Assembly (NCBI RefSeq): GCF_001194135.2
Contig: NC_068986.1
Coordinates: 69,275,338 to 69,339,337, forward strand
DNA from: Octopus bimaculoides
Lineage: Eukaryota
Length of the DNA stretch: 64,000 bases
Direction of reading: 5' to 3'
The notes under the pieces are model-generated. The model searched no databases. It worked only from the letters and a program-made list of their open reading frames with translations, and had not been told where the DNA came from. Below are positions 11,549 to 25,465 of this stretch, piece by piece. Position 1 is the first letter of the stretch. Each line of letters starts with the position of its first letter. A program made the position numbers and the translations under genes.

Positions 11549-14500
11549 GTATAGTGTACATTTATACACATGCTAATGCAGACAGAAATATGCATGTGAA
11601 AGCATAACATAAGTACGTTCATACATGCATACGTAGTAACAAATTTTGTGACACAAAGTTGCTTCCATATTTATTTGACAATACTACTACTTCACCACGT
11701 TTTAGTGCGGAAGCTATTGGACAAAATTACTCGGTCTTCTAAGATTGCTATATCCCTTCATATCACAGGAATATTCTATTCCGATCGTTAATGAAATTTT
11801 ATTTCTTATTTTGTTTATTTCTTCATTATTTTGCTTAATTGATAAAATTTACTTTTTGTTTAATAATCTGGTTTCTTTGTGTCTGACTTTGTCTGCTTTT
11901 CCTTGTCTTTCATTGTCTTGTCCTGATTAAGAAATAGTTTCTTTACCAGGAAATTCGACTCCCAAGAGAAAATAATCTTCCTTTGATTGTCAACGAAGTT
12001 AGTTGGTGGATTGTAGAAAATAATACGTTTAAGGAGAATGGTGAGGAGCAGGTTTTTTTTAAAGACAAATTAGCTTTCTATCATTGAAAAAATTTCTTTT
12101 TCACTTTCTTTATATTGTACCAGGTTTTCTGAATAAAATTTACAGAGATGCTATGTAGTAGCTCTCACATCTTCACATGAGCAAAGCACTCACTCAATGT
12201 GGCATATTAAAGATATATTGCTAGATAGCTACGGAAACGGACACTGTATTGTACATTTCTTGCATCCATCACAAATATATTCTCGTAATACTAATCAGTT
12301 ATAGCTATATACATAATAGACAACATAGGTTTCATCATATATAGTCACAAGGTATATGTATACCATAAACACACACACACATACGCATACGCACACACAC
12401 ACACACACACAGACACACGCACACACACACACACACGCAAACACACGCACACACACATACACACACACATGCTTGTTTTTATGTCAAGTCTCCTATGTAA
12501 ACAATTGAACATTACTTTTTAGTTGAAAGGATATTTATTAAATTTTACATAATATTTTAGTTGAATCCTAAAACGCAAAAACAACTTTCTATACAAAAAT
12601 TTTCGTGTCCGTTTACACTTTTACTTACATGCATTAAAAGAAAAAAATGTCCATGTCCGACCAAAATAACTGCCTTCACTATAACTTTGTCTTAACTTCC
12701 ACACTACAAACACATACTTTCCACCTATTCGTCTCTATACTTTTCCTTACACTACTACTTCCTCGGTCTGCCTACGCAATAACTAACTACCATCTACATA
12801 GCGCCATCCCCAGTAAAAAGAATAAAAAAAGATTCACCAATCGAAAAGGAACCAAAGTCAGATGAATATGAGCAAGCCAAAATTTCGAAGTCACTGTCAA
12901 CCTTGTAAAAGTTAATACATTATATATATATATACAGCGAGAGAGAGAGAGAGAGAGAAAGAGAGAGGGAGAGAGAGCGAGAGANNNNNNNNNNNNNNNN
13001 NNNNNNNNNNNNNNNNNNNNNNNNNNNNNNNNNNNNNNNNNNNNNNNNNNNNNNNNNNNNNNNNNNNNNNNNNNNNNNNNNNNNNNNNNNNNNNNNNNNN
13101 NNNNNNNNNNNNNNNNNNNNNNNNNNNNNNNNNNNNNNNNNNNNNNNNNNNNNNNNNNNNNNNNNNNNNNNNNNNNNNNNNNNNNNNNNNNNNNNNNNNN
13201 NNNNNNNNNNNNNNNNNNNNNNNNNNNNNNNNNNNNNNNNNNNNNNNNNNNNNNNNNNNNNNNNNNNNNNNNNNNNNNNNNNNNNNNNNNNNNNNNNNNN
13301 NNNNNNNNNNNNNNNNNNNNNNNNNNNNNNNNNNNNNNNNNNNNNNNNNNNNNNNNNNNNNNNNNNNNNNNNNNNNNNNNNNNNNNNNNNNNNNNNNNNN
13401 NNNNNNNNNNNNNNNNNNNNNNNNNNNNNNNNNNNNNNNNNNNNNNNNNNNNNNNNNNNNNNNNNNNNNNNNNNNNNNNNNNNNNNNNNNNNNNNNNNNN
13501 NNNNNNNNNNNNNTATATATAGTAAAATGTACATATACACACATACTTTACAAACCTAACGATTTGGAAGAAAATCAAAAGAGACTGAAAGCATCGGAAT
13601 CATACCCTCAATGATATTATATGCAAACATTGTGTGTGTATGTCAGTGAACGTGTATACGTTATAAGTTTTTGTTTGTGTATATTTAACAGAAAAGATGT
13701 TATTGTTTCAAAAGAGCTATGTTTTCTCTCTAGCTTTTAACGTTTAAGCGTTAACTATTAGGCAGAATTAATACAATATTCAACCGCTAATTTAACGCTA
13801 CGTATAATAACTATGCATTGGGCCGACCGTTTTTAAGGATTATTATATCTATAACAATTGTTGCGTCTCTTTTTTGTGTCATTGTTGGTTTCTAATCCTC
13901 TGATAATTCATTATTCTTCAATATGCTAAAATGTATAATTTTAAAATCCATTGATGTGAATCTACGTTGAACTCTTCAAACACTCCCTGTTTTGGATACG
14001 AGCCAATGACAATGTTTACATGACTAAGCAAATGCAAGAAGCTTATATTACTACTGCGTATTTCATCATTCATCACATGGCTTTGACTGTGAGTTCACAC
14101 AAAACAGAACATTGGCTCACGTGGTTTCCCATCCATTCTTGCCTATTGCAGCGAGTTCAATTTCTACTGGCTCAACTTCGCCTTTCATACCTACTATGAT
14201 GTCAATAAAATCTGTGGCGCCTAAACACACTATCGTCTCATTCGACTATAGCGTTCCCTATAAATCTGAAAACTTAGCAAGAAATATGTAATGAGAACAG
14301 TTGAAGCAGAGATAATCGACACTCTTCCAGTATCTGATTATAAAATTTTACTGATTTTATATTTGCAGCAAGTTTGGGAAGATCTTAAATGTTACACTAA
14401 ACTCTATCTTTCCCCAAAAGTAGAGGGCATTTCTATCTTGTTAATAAACGTTAATATTATATCAGAGGAAGCGTCTGAAGTAATAAAACAGTCTTCTTTC

Positions 14501-15439
14501 TTATGCTATCGATTTAAATACAGTCAGTGTCAAGTTCGCCTTATCTTTTGATGTCATTAAAAATGTACCAACAATATATACTAGCGACAATAGGTAATTT
14601 TTGTCAATTCTGCAACAATACTCCTTGTGGTCAGTTAAGAAAGCATTGTAGGTGAAAATGAAAAATTTGGTCGTCTTAAGATCGCGATAACGGTTCAAAT
14701 TACAGTTGAATCTATGATATGTTAATTTTAACACTTATATTGCTATGCTCCTTATGAAATGCAGACAATTCTATATAAAATATTTAATGAACATAATGTA
14801 TAATTTATATCCTTGTTTTTTGCAGAGATGAGATTCTAAAGTTTCCAGAGATGAACTTTTGATGTTCGTTAAAAGTAAAAGTCCATATCCCTAGGAGGCT
14901 CACCGACTCTCCAAACATCTTTAATTCCTTTCTTAGCTTTAAACCTGAGTTCTCTGCCATCTCACCGTGTAGGTTGGATCGTCTAATTACTGGTTAATCA
15001 AGAAAATACACTCCATATTGATTTCAAGCTCCCCACATCTTCACCCTTGTCGGAATTCGGCTGATTTCGTGTAGAATTTTCTTGAAATTAAATGAATTTT
15101 CTCTCGTCTGAAAAAGCTTAGTGGGTATTTGAAGGATTCATTAACTAGACTCCAGTACTGTAGTAAAACTAAATCATTCGCACATCTGTTCTCCTATATT
15201 ACACAACTAACCCATGAGAACTTCTGCAAAAAGATATACCATATTGTTAAGCTTGATCAAGATCTCGACTGCATCTGAAATTCTAGGCAAAATTACGTGT
15301 GTTTGGGTGTTAGTTCTGTCAACTTTGGTGCAGCTAGTACATTAGTAAATACTCCAGAGACCGTCAAACCGAAGTCCATTGGTAAGATTAGTAAACTCAT
15401 TTTGTAAGATACCATTGTTTTTAACAAACTGACGCACTC

Positions 15440-15700
15440 TATCCTATAACGGTTCATGCACACCTGCACAACATGCTCTAACTTCTTTTTCTATAATCGT
15501 TCTTGAAGTGTCTCACCACAGACCTCACTCTAAATACTCAGTATTATATTTTTTATAACCTATTCTGCACCCTCGTCTGAGATCACATTTTCTACACGAG
15601 CTTCACATTAAACACGTTAGTCACATCAATCCGAGAGAGCCTAAACACTTCATGAGTACTGGTCTCCTCACGCAGAGCAAAGTATGGTACTTTAATGGGA
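15440..15700 (-). mobile_element. Very old RTE-like LINE C-terminal fragment
   Basis: Minus strand gives fragments NVFNVKLV..SDE..QNRL and CGETLQER..LEHV, resembling the MC.VTL.DR and RRLRWFGHV regions. Heavily degraded. Confidence 0.35.
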
Positions 15701-16431
15701 GAAAGAAAGGTGAAGGTGTACTGTTTATGTCTTTCCTAAGAGGATAGTAGTATTGTTAAAAATAGCAAGTATGGTTTACAGAACGATTAAAAGGTTAATG
15801 TATCATGTTATTTAATCTTAAAACTAAATTTTAATCTTAAAACTAAGTTTTACAAGTAGAATTAAACTGACGTTTGTATAAATCATTCTCTCATTGAAAC
15901 ATTAATTTGGTCTACTTAGATATGATTAAAACTCCTTACAGTGAAGAAAAGTAGATAAATTAATAGTTCGCTATTCAGTATAATATTTCACGCTTCGCTT
16001 CCATCCATGCCAAATAGTTTGGGAACTGAAGTCTCATCCGTAAATAAGTGTAAAGAGACTGTAAACATCCGTTTCCTTTATAAGCGTTGTATATTAAATG
16101 TATTTCCTAGCAGTAACTTAAAATAATTAGACTGTTGTACTTTTTGAAAAAAATTCTGAGATGGCGATTTTATTTTGGGTGGTAGTGGTGAGAGTATCAC
16201 TCAATACTGATTCTCAGACTGCATTTTTGCTTAATGCAGGTGTAGGCTATGTAGAAAGATATTAAAAATAGCAAAATATGGATACTTTACAGTATTTGAA
16301 ATCCTCTTACTGTTATTGTCCAGTGTATGGTCGAATTTATTTTACTTATTATCAATGAAATAACCCCCAGACATGTGCAGGGTAAATTTAACTTACTACA
16401 GTCGTCTCACCAAGTTTATGAGTTTATTTCT

Positions 16432-16463
<32 letters not shown>

Positions 16464-16467
16464 TGTA

Positions 16468-16511
<44 letters not shown>

Positions 16512-17383
16512 CGGAGACTGATCAATAACTATCCGGATTGTTGCTATAGTAACGAAACTAAAGTACGCAGACTAAAGCCGCATGACAATGATTGACCTTG
16601 AACTTTGCTGTGCATGCGCATTAAGTTTTAACATTTTAGCTCACTTCCGCTGTTTACAGCAGTGCTTGGAAGGAAGGTGTGTAGCGTGTGATCGTCGCAT
16701 TGACCATGATAGAAGAAGTTGTCATGGTGACACCTGCTTAAAAGCCTACGCAATGTTGCAAAAGGTGTATGGAGGGGAGTGTAAGAGTCACACACAATTG
16801 TACGAGTGGTTTAGACGTTTCCAAGATGGCCGAAGAAACGTTGAAATTGACGAGGGTTCTGTGAAACACGCAACCAGGAGAACTGAGAAAGACATCGCAG
16901 ATGTGCGTGCTACTGTGATGGGAGATCGTTGAATCACCATCTGTGAGTTATCAGAGGATGTGCAGACTAGTTACGGTTCAGTTCAGTCCATTATCACGTG
17001 TCTGCCAAGTTTGTGCTAAAACTGCTTTCAGGTGACCAAAAAGACTCTCGGGTTTCAGTTGAAAAAGATCTTCTTGATTGTCTGGAGAACGATGGAAATT
17101 TTTGAAAACTTTGCGTAGGCTTCTGAGCAGGTATTGCCAAGATCTTGGCAAAATTTGATGCAAATTCTCTGCTCAACTTTCTCTCTCATGATCAATGCGA
17201 CGATCACACGCTACACACCTTCCTTCCAATCACTGCTGTAAACAGCGGCAGTGATCTAGAACGTTAAAACTTAGTACGCTTGTACAACAACGTTCAAGGT
17301 CAATCTGTGCCAAGCGGCTTCATTATGCGTGATTTAGTTTCATTACTATGGCAACAGTCTGGATACTTACTGATCAGACCACG
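16512..17383. mobile_element. Fold-back non-autonomous mariner made of two inverted 5' ends
   Basis: Inverted arms of more than 200 bp that include the start codon. Plus arm encodes GDTCLKAYAMLQKVYG..LYEWFRRFQDGR..SAKFVLKLLSGDQKD..LKTL. Minus arm encodes KVEQRICIKFCQDLGNTCSEAYA. TA at 16510-16511 and 17384-17385. Confidence 0.88.
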
Positions 17384-17409
17384 TATGCATGTGTGACACA
17401 CATAAATAC

Positions 17410-18600
17410 TTACATACTTATCATGATGGTCATATTCAACGAAGAGTTTTCACAAGTGTTCAATATTACTAACGGGACTAAACAAGGTTGTATCATAGCT
17501 CCCGTTGTCTTTGCTCTTATTTTCTCAATAACGTTCTTTCGTGCCCATGGTGATCTTGTAAAAGCGCGTCAAATATAATTTTTGCACAAGTATTGATCTT
17601 TTTAATCACCATCCATTTAAAGCTAACACTTTAACCGGAACTAGCATAATACGTGATTGTTTTGCAGCTGGCGCTGCACTCATCGCGAAAGACAATCCAA
17701 AAATTTAAGAACTCCTCGATTTTTTTTCCACTTTCAAGTAATGCTTTTGTGCTATTCATCAAAATAAAAGAACAGAAGTAGAGTATCAACCAAACCTTAT
17801 TCCTAAATTGATAAAAGGCGAGAGCTCACAAATTCTCAGATACAACAATCACATTTGGAGATAGCAACCTGAAATATGTGGAACACTTCAGCGACTTTAA
17901 AAGCCCCATCAACTCCCGTACGTCCTTAGATGATAAGTTTGTCAACCGAATTTCCAACACAAAAGAATCTTTTTGGAAACTTATCATTGCCTTTGGAATG
18001 AAAGAGGGACGTCTCGCAAATCGCTTTGTATCCAGTCCTTGTACTGACTACTCCCTTATATTGGTCAGAATTGTAGACCTCACATCGAAGCTGCATAAAA
18101 CAACTTGAAACTTTTCACAAACATTGTGTTCGTTCGATCTGCGAATACAGTTTTCAGGGACAATTAATCTCCGACTCTGATATATTCACTAAATGTGGCA
18201 TCAGCAGCATTGGATCATTTTTGAGTTAATCTCATCTTAGATGACACATGTCTCATCAGAATAAGACTTCTTGTGTAGCCAACTTCATGATAGCACGGGT
18301 TGCAGGTACGCTATAGACGTATTTCAAAAAGCAAACTTAAATGCAATCTGAAAATATAGCCCTTTTGGACCCTTTGATATATCTACCGTGGATAGCTCGA
18401 AACGGAGGACAAGTTGTCACCAAGGTATCATAAACTTCGAGTGAATCTTTTAAGTTAATCTGAGAAAATAAAAAACGCATACAACAAATAGATTCAACAC
18501 ACCAGAAGTATTGTCTGACAACTCCACAACCTGTTACCCAAACTATGGTTTGGTACACAAATCTCTTGTTGGGTTAGTGTCTTACAAGCAACATAAACAT
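17410..18600 (+). mobile_element. RTE-BovB-like LINE, 5'-truncated, degraded
   Basis: FNITNGTKQGCIIAPVVFALIFS, IRDCFAAGAALIA (LFADDCAL), KRTEVEYQP, and C-terminal CYPNYGLVHKSLVGLVSY (degenerate zinc-finger-like tail). Confidence 0.75.
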
Positions 18601-18700
18601 TCAGAAATTTTTGTTCTGTTCATAAACGGAAATTCCTCTCATAGACTTTCATAGATTTTCATAAACGGAAATTGACACGAGAGTCCATCACACACACACA

Positions 18701-18753
<53 letters not shown>

Positions 18754-19097
18754 ACGGAGGCACGCACACACATACACACGTACACCTCCACACATATGCA
18801 CGCACACTCACACATTCACACACATACACGCACGCACGCACGCACACATACGCAATTGTATGTGTGCCTACGTGCCTATGTATATGTATACNNNNNNNNN
18901 NNNNNNNNNNNNNNNNNNNNNNNNNNNNNNNNNNNNNNNNNNNNNNNNNNNNNNNNNNNNNNNNNNNNNNNNNNNNNNNNNNNNNNNNNNNNNNNNNNNN
19001 NNNNNNNNNNNNNNNNNNNNNNNNNNNNNNNNNNNNNNNNNNNNNNNNNNNNNNNNNNNNNNNNNNNNNNNNNNNNNNNNNNNNNNNNTATATATAT

Positions 19098-19131
<34 letters not shown>

Positions 19132-20049
19132 GTATATATCCACATACATATGTCATAAACACGAAACAAATTTAACAGACGCTGTTTGATATTATATAAG
19201 ATGAGTGCTGGTATGAAACTCTATAACGTAAGTTTATTAGTTGCTGAACTGATTTCCATAAGAAATTTTATCTTAAACGATAAACATTATTTTATGCTGA
19301 TATATGAAGTAAATATCAATTTGTACTATGGTTTTTTGATGAAAGAGATGTTTATGCGGTCTTCTGTTTCTCTCCAATTGATCTGTCATCAGGCACTTTA
19401 AAACCCACTTATATAGAGAGGTTATTTCATGTTGGTAAACACGGCAATGACATTGCAAACCATTCATTGCTATTGCACTGTGTGAATTGTACTAAGTGGC
19501 ATTGTATAGTCAGTGCTCTAAAGTTCTCTTTGTACTCGCCATACTAGAACGCTCTTACAGCGACGTTAAATAAGATTGCCATTCCAAATCACGAATCTTA
19601 GTTCGAGATTTTTTTTTTACAATACGTTCCTTGTTTTCATAGACAAAAGCTGATTTTTTCGTCATGTTATTTAGTGTCTCACCATGCTAGAGACTAATAT
19701 AAATTTAAGAAAAATGAATTGGAAACTATCAGGTAGTAAGTTTTTCTACTATCATTTCGTTTTTTCCCATCACTAGCCTGCTTTTTTCTCTCACGCTCAC
19801 TTATGTGAATATTCCACAAGCCTCCCACTCTATCTCTCATCCTTCTTCTCTTTCTCTCCTTATATCAACACCTCACAGGCCTGTTTATGTCTTTCTCTCT
19901 GCCTGTCCTCTTCTATATGAATATCTCACAAATCTCTCTCTGCCTGTCTTTCTCTCTCTACATCAAAAGCCTTCCTTTATCTTTCACACACACCTGTCCT
20001 CTCTTTGTCACCGTCTCACCACTTTCCTGTTATCGTTCATTTCCATCGT

Positions 20050-20092
<43 letters not shown>

Positions 20093-20430
20093 CTCAATCA
20101 ACATTTCTATACCTTGTTCTTGTCTCTTCATATCTCCCTGCATGTGCAAGCCGTTTAATGNNNNNNNNNNNNNNNNNNNNNNNNNNNNNNNNNNNNNNNN
20201 NNNNNNNNNNNNNNNNNNNNNNNNNNNNNNNNNNNNNNNNNNNNNNNNNNNNNNNNNNNNNNNNNNNNNNNNNNNNNNNNNNNNNNNNNNNNNNNNNNNN
20301 NNNNNNNNNNNNNNNNNNNNNNNNNNNNNNNNNNNNNNNNNNNNNNNNNNNNNNNNNNNNNNNNNNNNNNNNNNNNNNNNNNNNNNNNNNNNNNNNNNNN
20401 NNNNNNNNNNNNNNNNNNNNNNNNNNNNNN

Positions 20431-20492
<62 letters not shown>

Positions 20493-21614
20493 AGTGATTA
20501 AAAGAGAGTAGACGAAGTCAGTTACTTTTGAGTAGGCGTGGCATGAGAAATAAATGATGATTATTAGCAAACCAAGAGCATCATACGCATAAATGAAAAT
20601 ATTTAGCTTCAACCGGAAATTGAAACCAGAATTTTTTTCATGGAACTGTCACTAAGGAGAAAAGATGGCATTATGATCTCTTGGAAGACCTCAAAGACAT
20701 GAAAAATGATGGGAGGAAGATGTCTTCAGACCAGCGGCTTAATCGAAAGGCATCAAAAGTAATGTTGTTGCTTCTACTGGGCGATGGATTATGTCTGTCA
20801 TTACTTGTAGTCTTGTTTCGCAGGAATTTTATCAACTCCACATCAGTGCTAGACACTGAGATAAACGAAAAGGTTCTTGGTTAATGCTGTAATTAGTTGA
20901 TATGCCAGCTTCTTTTCTTTGAGTTCCTCTCCGAAAAATATAACATAAACTATTCTCTACTTCAATGAAAGACGCTATGAAACTCAATCTTTCATCTCCT
21001 AATTACAATACACCACAGAGGCCAGTAATTTTTGCATATGATGGCACCCTATATAATTTCATTGCACAATCTTTGATCGCAGAACAACTCTAATAATCCA
21101 CGATATTTTGTACACTTCGAAAGCGATGTTTTCTCGTGAAAATGTGACAATAAATGTGAAAACGCGAATATTACAACAAATTTGCTATGTCTTGAAGCGA
21201 AATTCAGTGCGAAGGCTAATGTAGCAGGCCAAACAATAGAGTGGAGATGTTGCTTGGCAACAATTAAGTTGCAATGACTAATGATCAAATTATTAGAGGC
21301 AACATATCCAGAAGGCACGTGCATAAATGCATAAATTGCAGTATTTATTCATGTTTTTCTTAATATATGCTTATTTGTGCAAAATAACGGCAAACACTTC
21401 TATATTCATAAGTATATACTATTAAATATGTACAAGCATCCATACATGCATAAGTATATATTTATAAATCATATATGTATGCACATATATGCACGTAAAT
21501 AAATATATATGTATAAAGAGTGCATCTATGTATGCATGTATGTATCTATCTATCTATCTATCTTTCTATCTATCTATCTATCTATCTATCTAGTTCTCTT
21601 TCTCTCTACATTTA

Positions 21615-21645
<31 letters not shown>

Positions 21646-22095
21646 NNNNNNNNNNNNNNNNNNNNNNNNNNNNNNNNNNNNNNNNNNNNNNNNNNNNNNN
21701 NNNNNNNNNNNNNNNNNNNNNNNNNNNNNNNNNNNNNNNNNNNNNNNNNNNNNNNNNNNNNNNNNNNNNNNNNNNNNNNNNNNNNNNNNNNNNNNNNNNN
21801 NNNNNNNNNNNNNNNNNNNNNNNNNNNNNNNNNNNNNNNNNNNNNNNNNNNNNNNNNNNNNNNNNNNNNNNNNNNNNNNNNNNNNNNNNNNNNNNNNNNN
21901 NNNNNNNNNNNNNNNNNNNNNNNNNNNNNNNNNNNNNNNNNNNNNNNNNNNNNNNNNNNNNNNNNNNNNNNNNNNNNNNNNNNNNNNNNNNNNNNNNNNN
22001 NNNNNNNNNNNNNNNNNNNNNNNNNNNNNNNNNNNNNNNNNNNNNNNNNNNNNNNNNNNNNNNNNNNNNNNNNNNNNNNNNNNNNNNNNNNNNNN

Positions 22096-22123
<28 letters not shown>

Positions 22124-22126
<3 letters not shown>

Positions 22127-23344
22127 GAGGGTGTCAGAAATTAATTGCGTTTTTCACCATTATGAAATATGAACCAATCACGCCAGAGCCAAGGTCGAAT
22201 GGGCGGGAATTGTCTAGAAATAGTATATCACCTCTTCTATCCGGTAGTGTGCCATTCATAGTTATTTTGGGAATTAAACCCATGGAGGATAAGAACTTTA
22301 TGAAACAACAAATTCGCCATTGCTTACTGTATGAGTTTCGAAAGAAAAGTACTGCTACAGAAGCAATGAAAAACATTTATGAAGTGTATCCAGATGCAGC
22401 GAAAGCTCGTACATGTCAGTTGTGGTTTAAAAAGTTTAAAGATGGTGATTGTGATATATCCGACAAGCGACGTTCTGGAAGACGACCCACTCTGAATGAC
22501 TATCTTTTGAATGCGACCATTGTATCAGATCCATGTCAAAGGACCAGATATTTGGCACAAAAATTTAATGTTTCATGTTTAGCTATCCATGAACATCTCA
22601 AGCAAATTGGAAAAACATGCAAAGAAGGAATTTGGGTTCCACATGAGCTTACGCTTGAGAACCAAAGACAACGTTCCATCTGCAGCAGTCTTCTAACCAG
22701 GAATAACAACCTTTCATTTCTGCAGCGCATTGTTACAGCTGATGAAAAATAGGTTTTGCATTACAACAGAAAACTAAAAAGACACTGGTTATCATGTAAT
22801 GAGAGGCCAGTTCTAAGACCAAAACCATCCACAAAAATTCTTGCTCGGTGGAATATGAAAATTATCGTCCATTACGTGCTACTTGAACATGGAAGGACAT
22901 TCAATACAGATGTCTGTTGTCATCAACTTGATCATGTAAATGAAAAATTACGTCGAATGTGGCTAGCTTTGATAAACTGAAAAGGCGTTATTATCCAGCA
23001 TGACACTGCACGTCAACACTCTTCAAAACAAGATCGTTAGGACCGGAAGTTCTTCCACATTCTCCATACTCACCTGACTTAGCACCTAAAGATTTCCATC
23101 TGTTCGGAACACTAGAACACTTTATAAGAGGTAAACCATTCAGAAACAGAGAAGTTGAAAACAGTTTCCCAGATATTTTTTCAGGAAAAGAAATAATAAG
23201 TTTCTTTGAATGTCGCATAAAAATGCTACTTGCCCGTTGGGCTGCAGTCGTTGAAAACGATGGTGATTACATTCTATTCAGATAAACGTAGTTTACATTC
23301 GTTTTTATATCCTTCTTGGAAAGATGCAATTACTTTCCGAACAC

Positions 23345-23348
<4 letters not shown>
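22124..23348 (+). mobile_element. mariner element, near full length, inserted in (TA)n
   Basis: TIRs CTGAGGGTGTCAGAAATTAATTGCGTTTTT and AAAGATGCAATTACTTTCCGAACACCCAA; TA runs on both sides; 1225 bp. Confidence 0.93.
22282..23285 (+). pseudogene. mariner transposase pseudogene
   Basis: MEDKNFMKQQIRHCLLYEFRKKSTATEA, KRRSGRRP, GIWVPHEL, IVTADEK*, QHDTARQH, HSPYSPDLAPKDFHLF, RWAAVVENDGDYI. Contains TGG>TAG, other stops and an internal deletion. Confidence 0.93.
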
Positions 23349-23381
<33 letters not shown>

Positions 23382-23649
23382 TATGTGTGTGTGTTTGTGC
23401 GCACGTGCATGTATGTATTGTTGACGTTCACTTTTCTATCCAAAGTTTTTTAACCCCAAATTTACGCGCCATTATATTTAGATTTATTTACTTCAAGTTT
23501 GACAGTTGTAAACAATATGAGTACGTAAAAGCATAAGTATATATTTATATATTCTAGATCTATTTCTTTTCATAGTTTTGTCCTCTCCGGAGCTTTGCTC
23601 AGATGCAAAAGAAGTTTTTAAATGTTGAGTAAAGAGCTTTGCAGTATAG

Positions 23650-24670
23650 ACAAGGTGTTCGAGTTAAATTTTGTCAGTTTATATAAAAGGAAAAAAAACA
23701 AAACAAAACAATATCCTATTCAAAAACAAAAGTATTTTTAAAAAATCAAAAAAATGTCTACCAGATTATGACTGAGAGATAACAGTTTACTCAAAGTAGC
23801 CGTCCTCAGCTTCCGTTACAGCCTCAAAACCGTTGCAGAGCCTGGTGCATGTGTTACTCACTGTGTCCTTGGAAGGATCTGCGAACACCTCCTTGAACAC
23901 CAGCTCAGCCTTGGTGTTGCAGGCAGAGCGGTTGATGTCTTTCTCAACTGTACACCAAGGATTAAAATCTGGAGAGTTAGGAGGCTAGAAATTCTCCGAC
24001 AACACTTCTGACTTTTTTCGGAGATATGGCAAAGAACCAAATCCTGCTGACACACATATGGCCTTCCAGCAGCAGCCCTCTCCAGCAGCTTCACATAGCC
24101 GTCTGAATTGAGCCTAAGGCTTTCTTCAAAGATATGGAGCGGCATCTTACCCTTACTGGCAACACACCTAAAAACCTGCTGGTCACGGCTTCGTAGTCTT
24201 CGTTGCAGCTGTCCATTTCACGTCATACAAGCTTTACAATATTCACAGGCTATTGAGCAGCATTCTCGACGACAATATTTTGATATCCGGCGTAAATCAT
24301 CATGATACCGGCAACTCTTTTCCAATATTCAGATGGCATCCATCCTTTACATCAGCTAATTTCTTCTCAACAACTTCAGTCTTTAGACTGTTCGACGCCG
24401 TCGACTGTTCACCAATACATCAACTTGTTCCTGGAAAAAGAAAACATAAACGATTGTCAAATTTAGCCTGAATATTCTGATATATATATAAGACAAGATA
24501 TGAATAAAGGTCATTACATATTTTCCTTTATTAGAGTAAATTTGACTTACAGTTATTTCCAGTAGCCATTAAAGGTACAGTACTGATAGTTTTACTCAAT
24601 CGGTCTATTTATCAGTTGAGAAAAATTGTACAACCTAAAAAGATTAATGCTACTTTCGTCAGAGCCATTT
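23650..24670 (-). mobile_element. maT/DD37D-like Tc1-mariner element, internally deleted; transposase remnant 23787-24339
   Basis: MPSEYWKRVAGIMMIYAGYQN..EMDSCNEDYEAVTSR is fused to GKMPLHIFEESLRLNSDGYVKLLE, GRPYVCQQD, PPNSPDFNP, VEKDINRSACNTKAEL and EDGYFE*. TIRs not resolved, so the boundaries are approximate. Confidence 0.8.
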
Positions 24671-24675
24671 CTAGT

Positions 24676-24691
24676 TATGTATGTATGTATG

Positions 24692-24725
<34 letters not shown>

Positions 24726-24761
24726 TGTATGTATGTATGTATATATGTATGTATGTATGTA

Positions 24762-24823
<62 letters not shown>
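24676..24823. repeat. Compound (ATGT)n-(GT)n-(GA)n microsatellite
   Basis: Directly visible. Confidence 0.97.
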
Positions 24824-24826
<3 letters not shown>

Positions 24827-25265
24827 AATCCAAATATGAAACAACGAATGAGTTTAATAATATCTGGTTACAATTGTTTCTGAGCTCTAGTCTTAAAGCT
24901 AAATGTAAGAGCACATCATTTGATTCAAGCCTGATGAAGTTTCATGCTTAAGTATAAAACCATAAATATTACGCAACTTATCGCACGGAACTTTTTTGTG
25001 TAATGTCGTAAGAAACAGAGTGGTACCGAAACAATTATAACTTGCCATTAAATATATAATGGCTTTCTCTCTGTCGATCATTTGGATTATATGTTTCTCT
25101 TCACTAGACCCACACATTAGATTTGCAGCTGTAGTACTTGAATGTTCTTCACCAGCGAAATTTCAATTTTCCTTGAAACTCTAATTCCAGAGTATAGATA
25201 GCCACGAACACAGATTGAGTACTGCATTGGAAATACCCTGAGTTTCTACCCTATCAGGACCATTA

Positions 25266-25321
<56 letters not shown>

Positions 25322-25429
25322 NNNNNNNNNNNNNNNNNNNNNNNNNNNNNNNNNNNNNNNNNNNNNNNNNNNNNNNNNNNNNNNNNNNNNNNNNNNNNNN
25401 NNNNNNNNNNNNNNNNNNNNNNNNNNNNN

Positions 25430-25465
<36 letters not shown>

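Noticed and set aside
20671-20884. Overlapping 61-67 aa ORFs on both strands in a GC-richer island
   Set aside because: No recognisable motif or convincing splice pair; length is within chance expectation.
24650-24670. Minus-strand CTGACGA near the end of the maT-like element
   Set aside because: No downstream GAAA or stem III.
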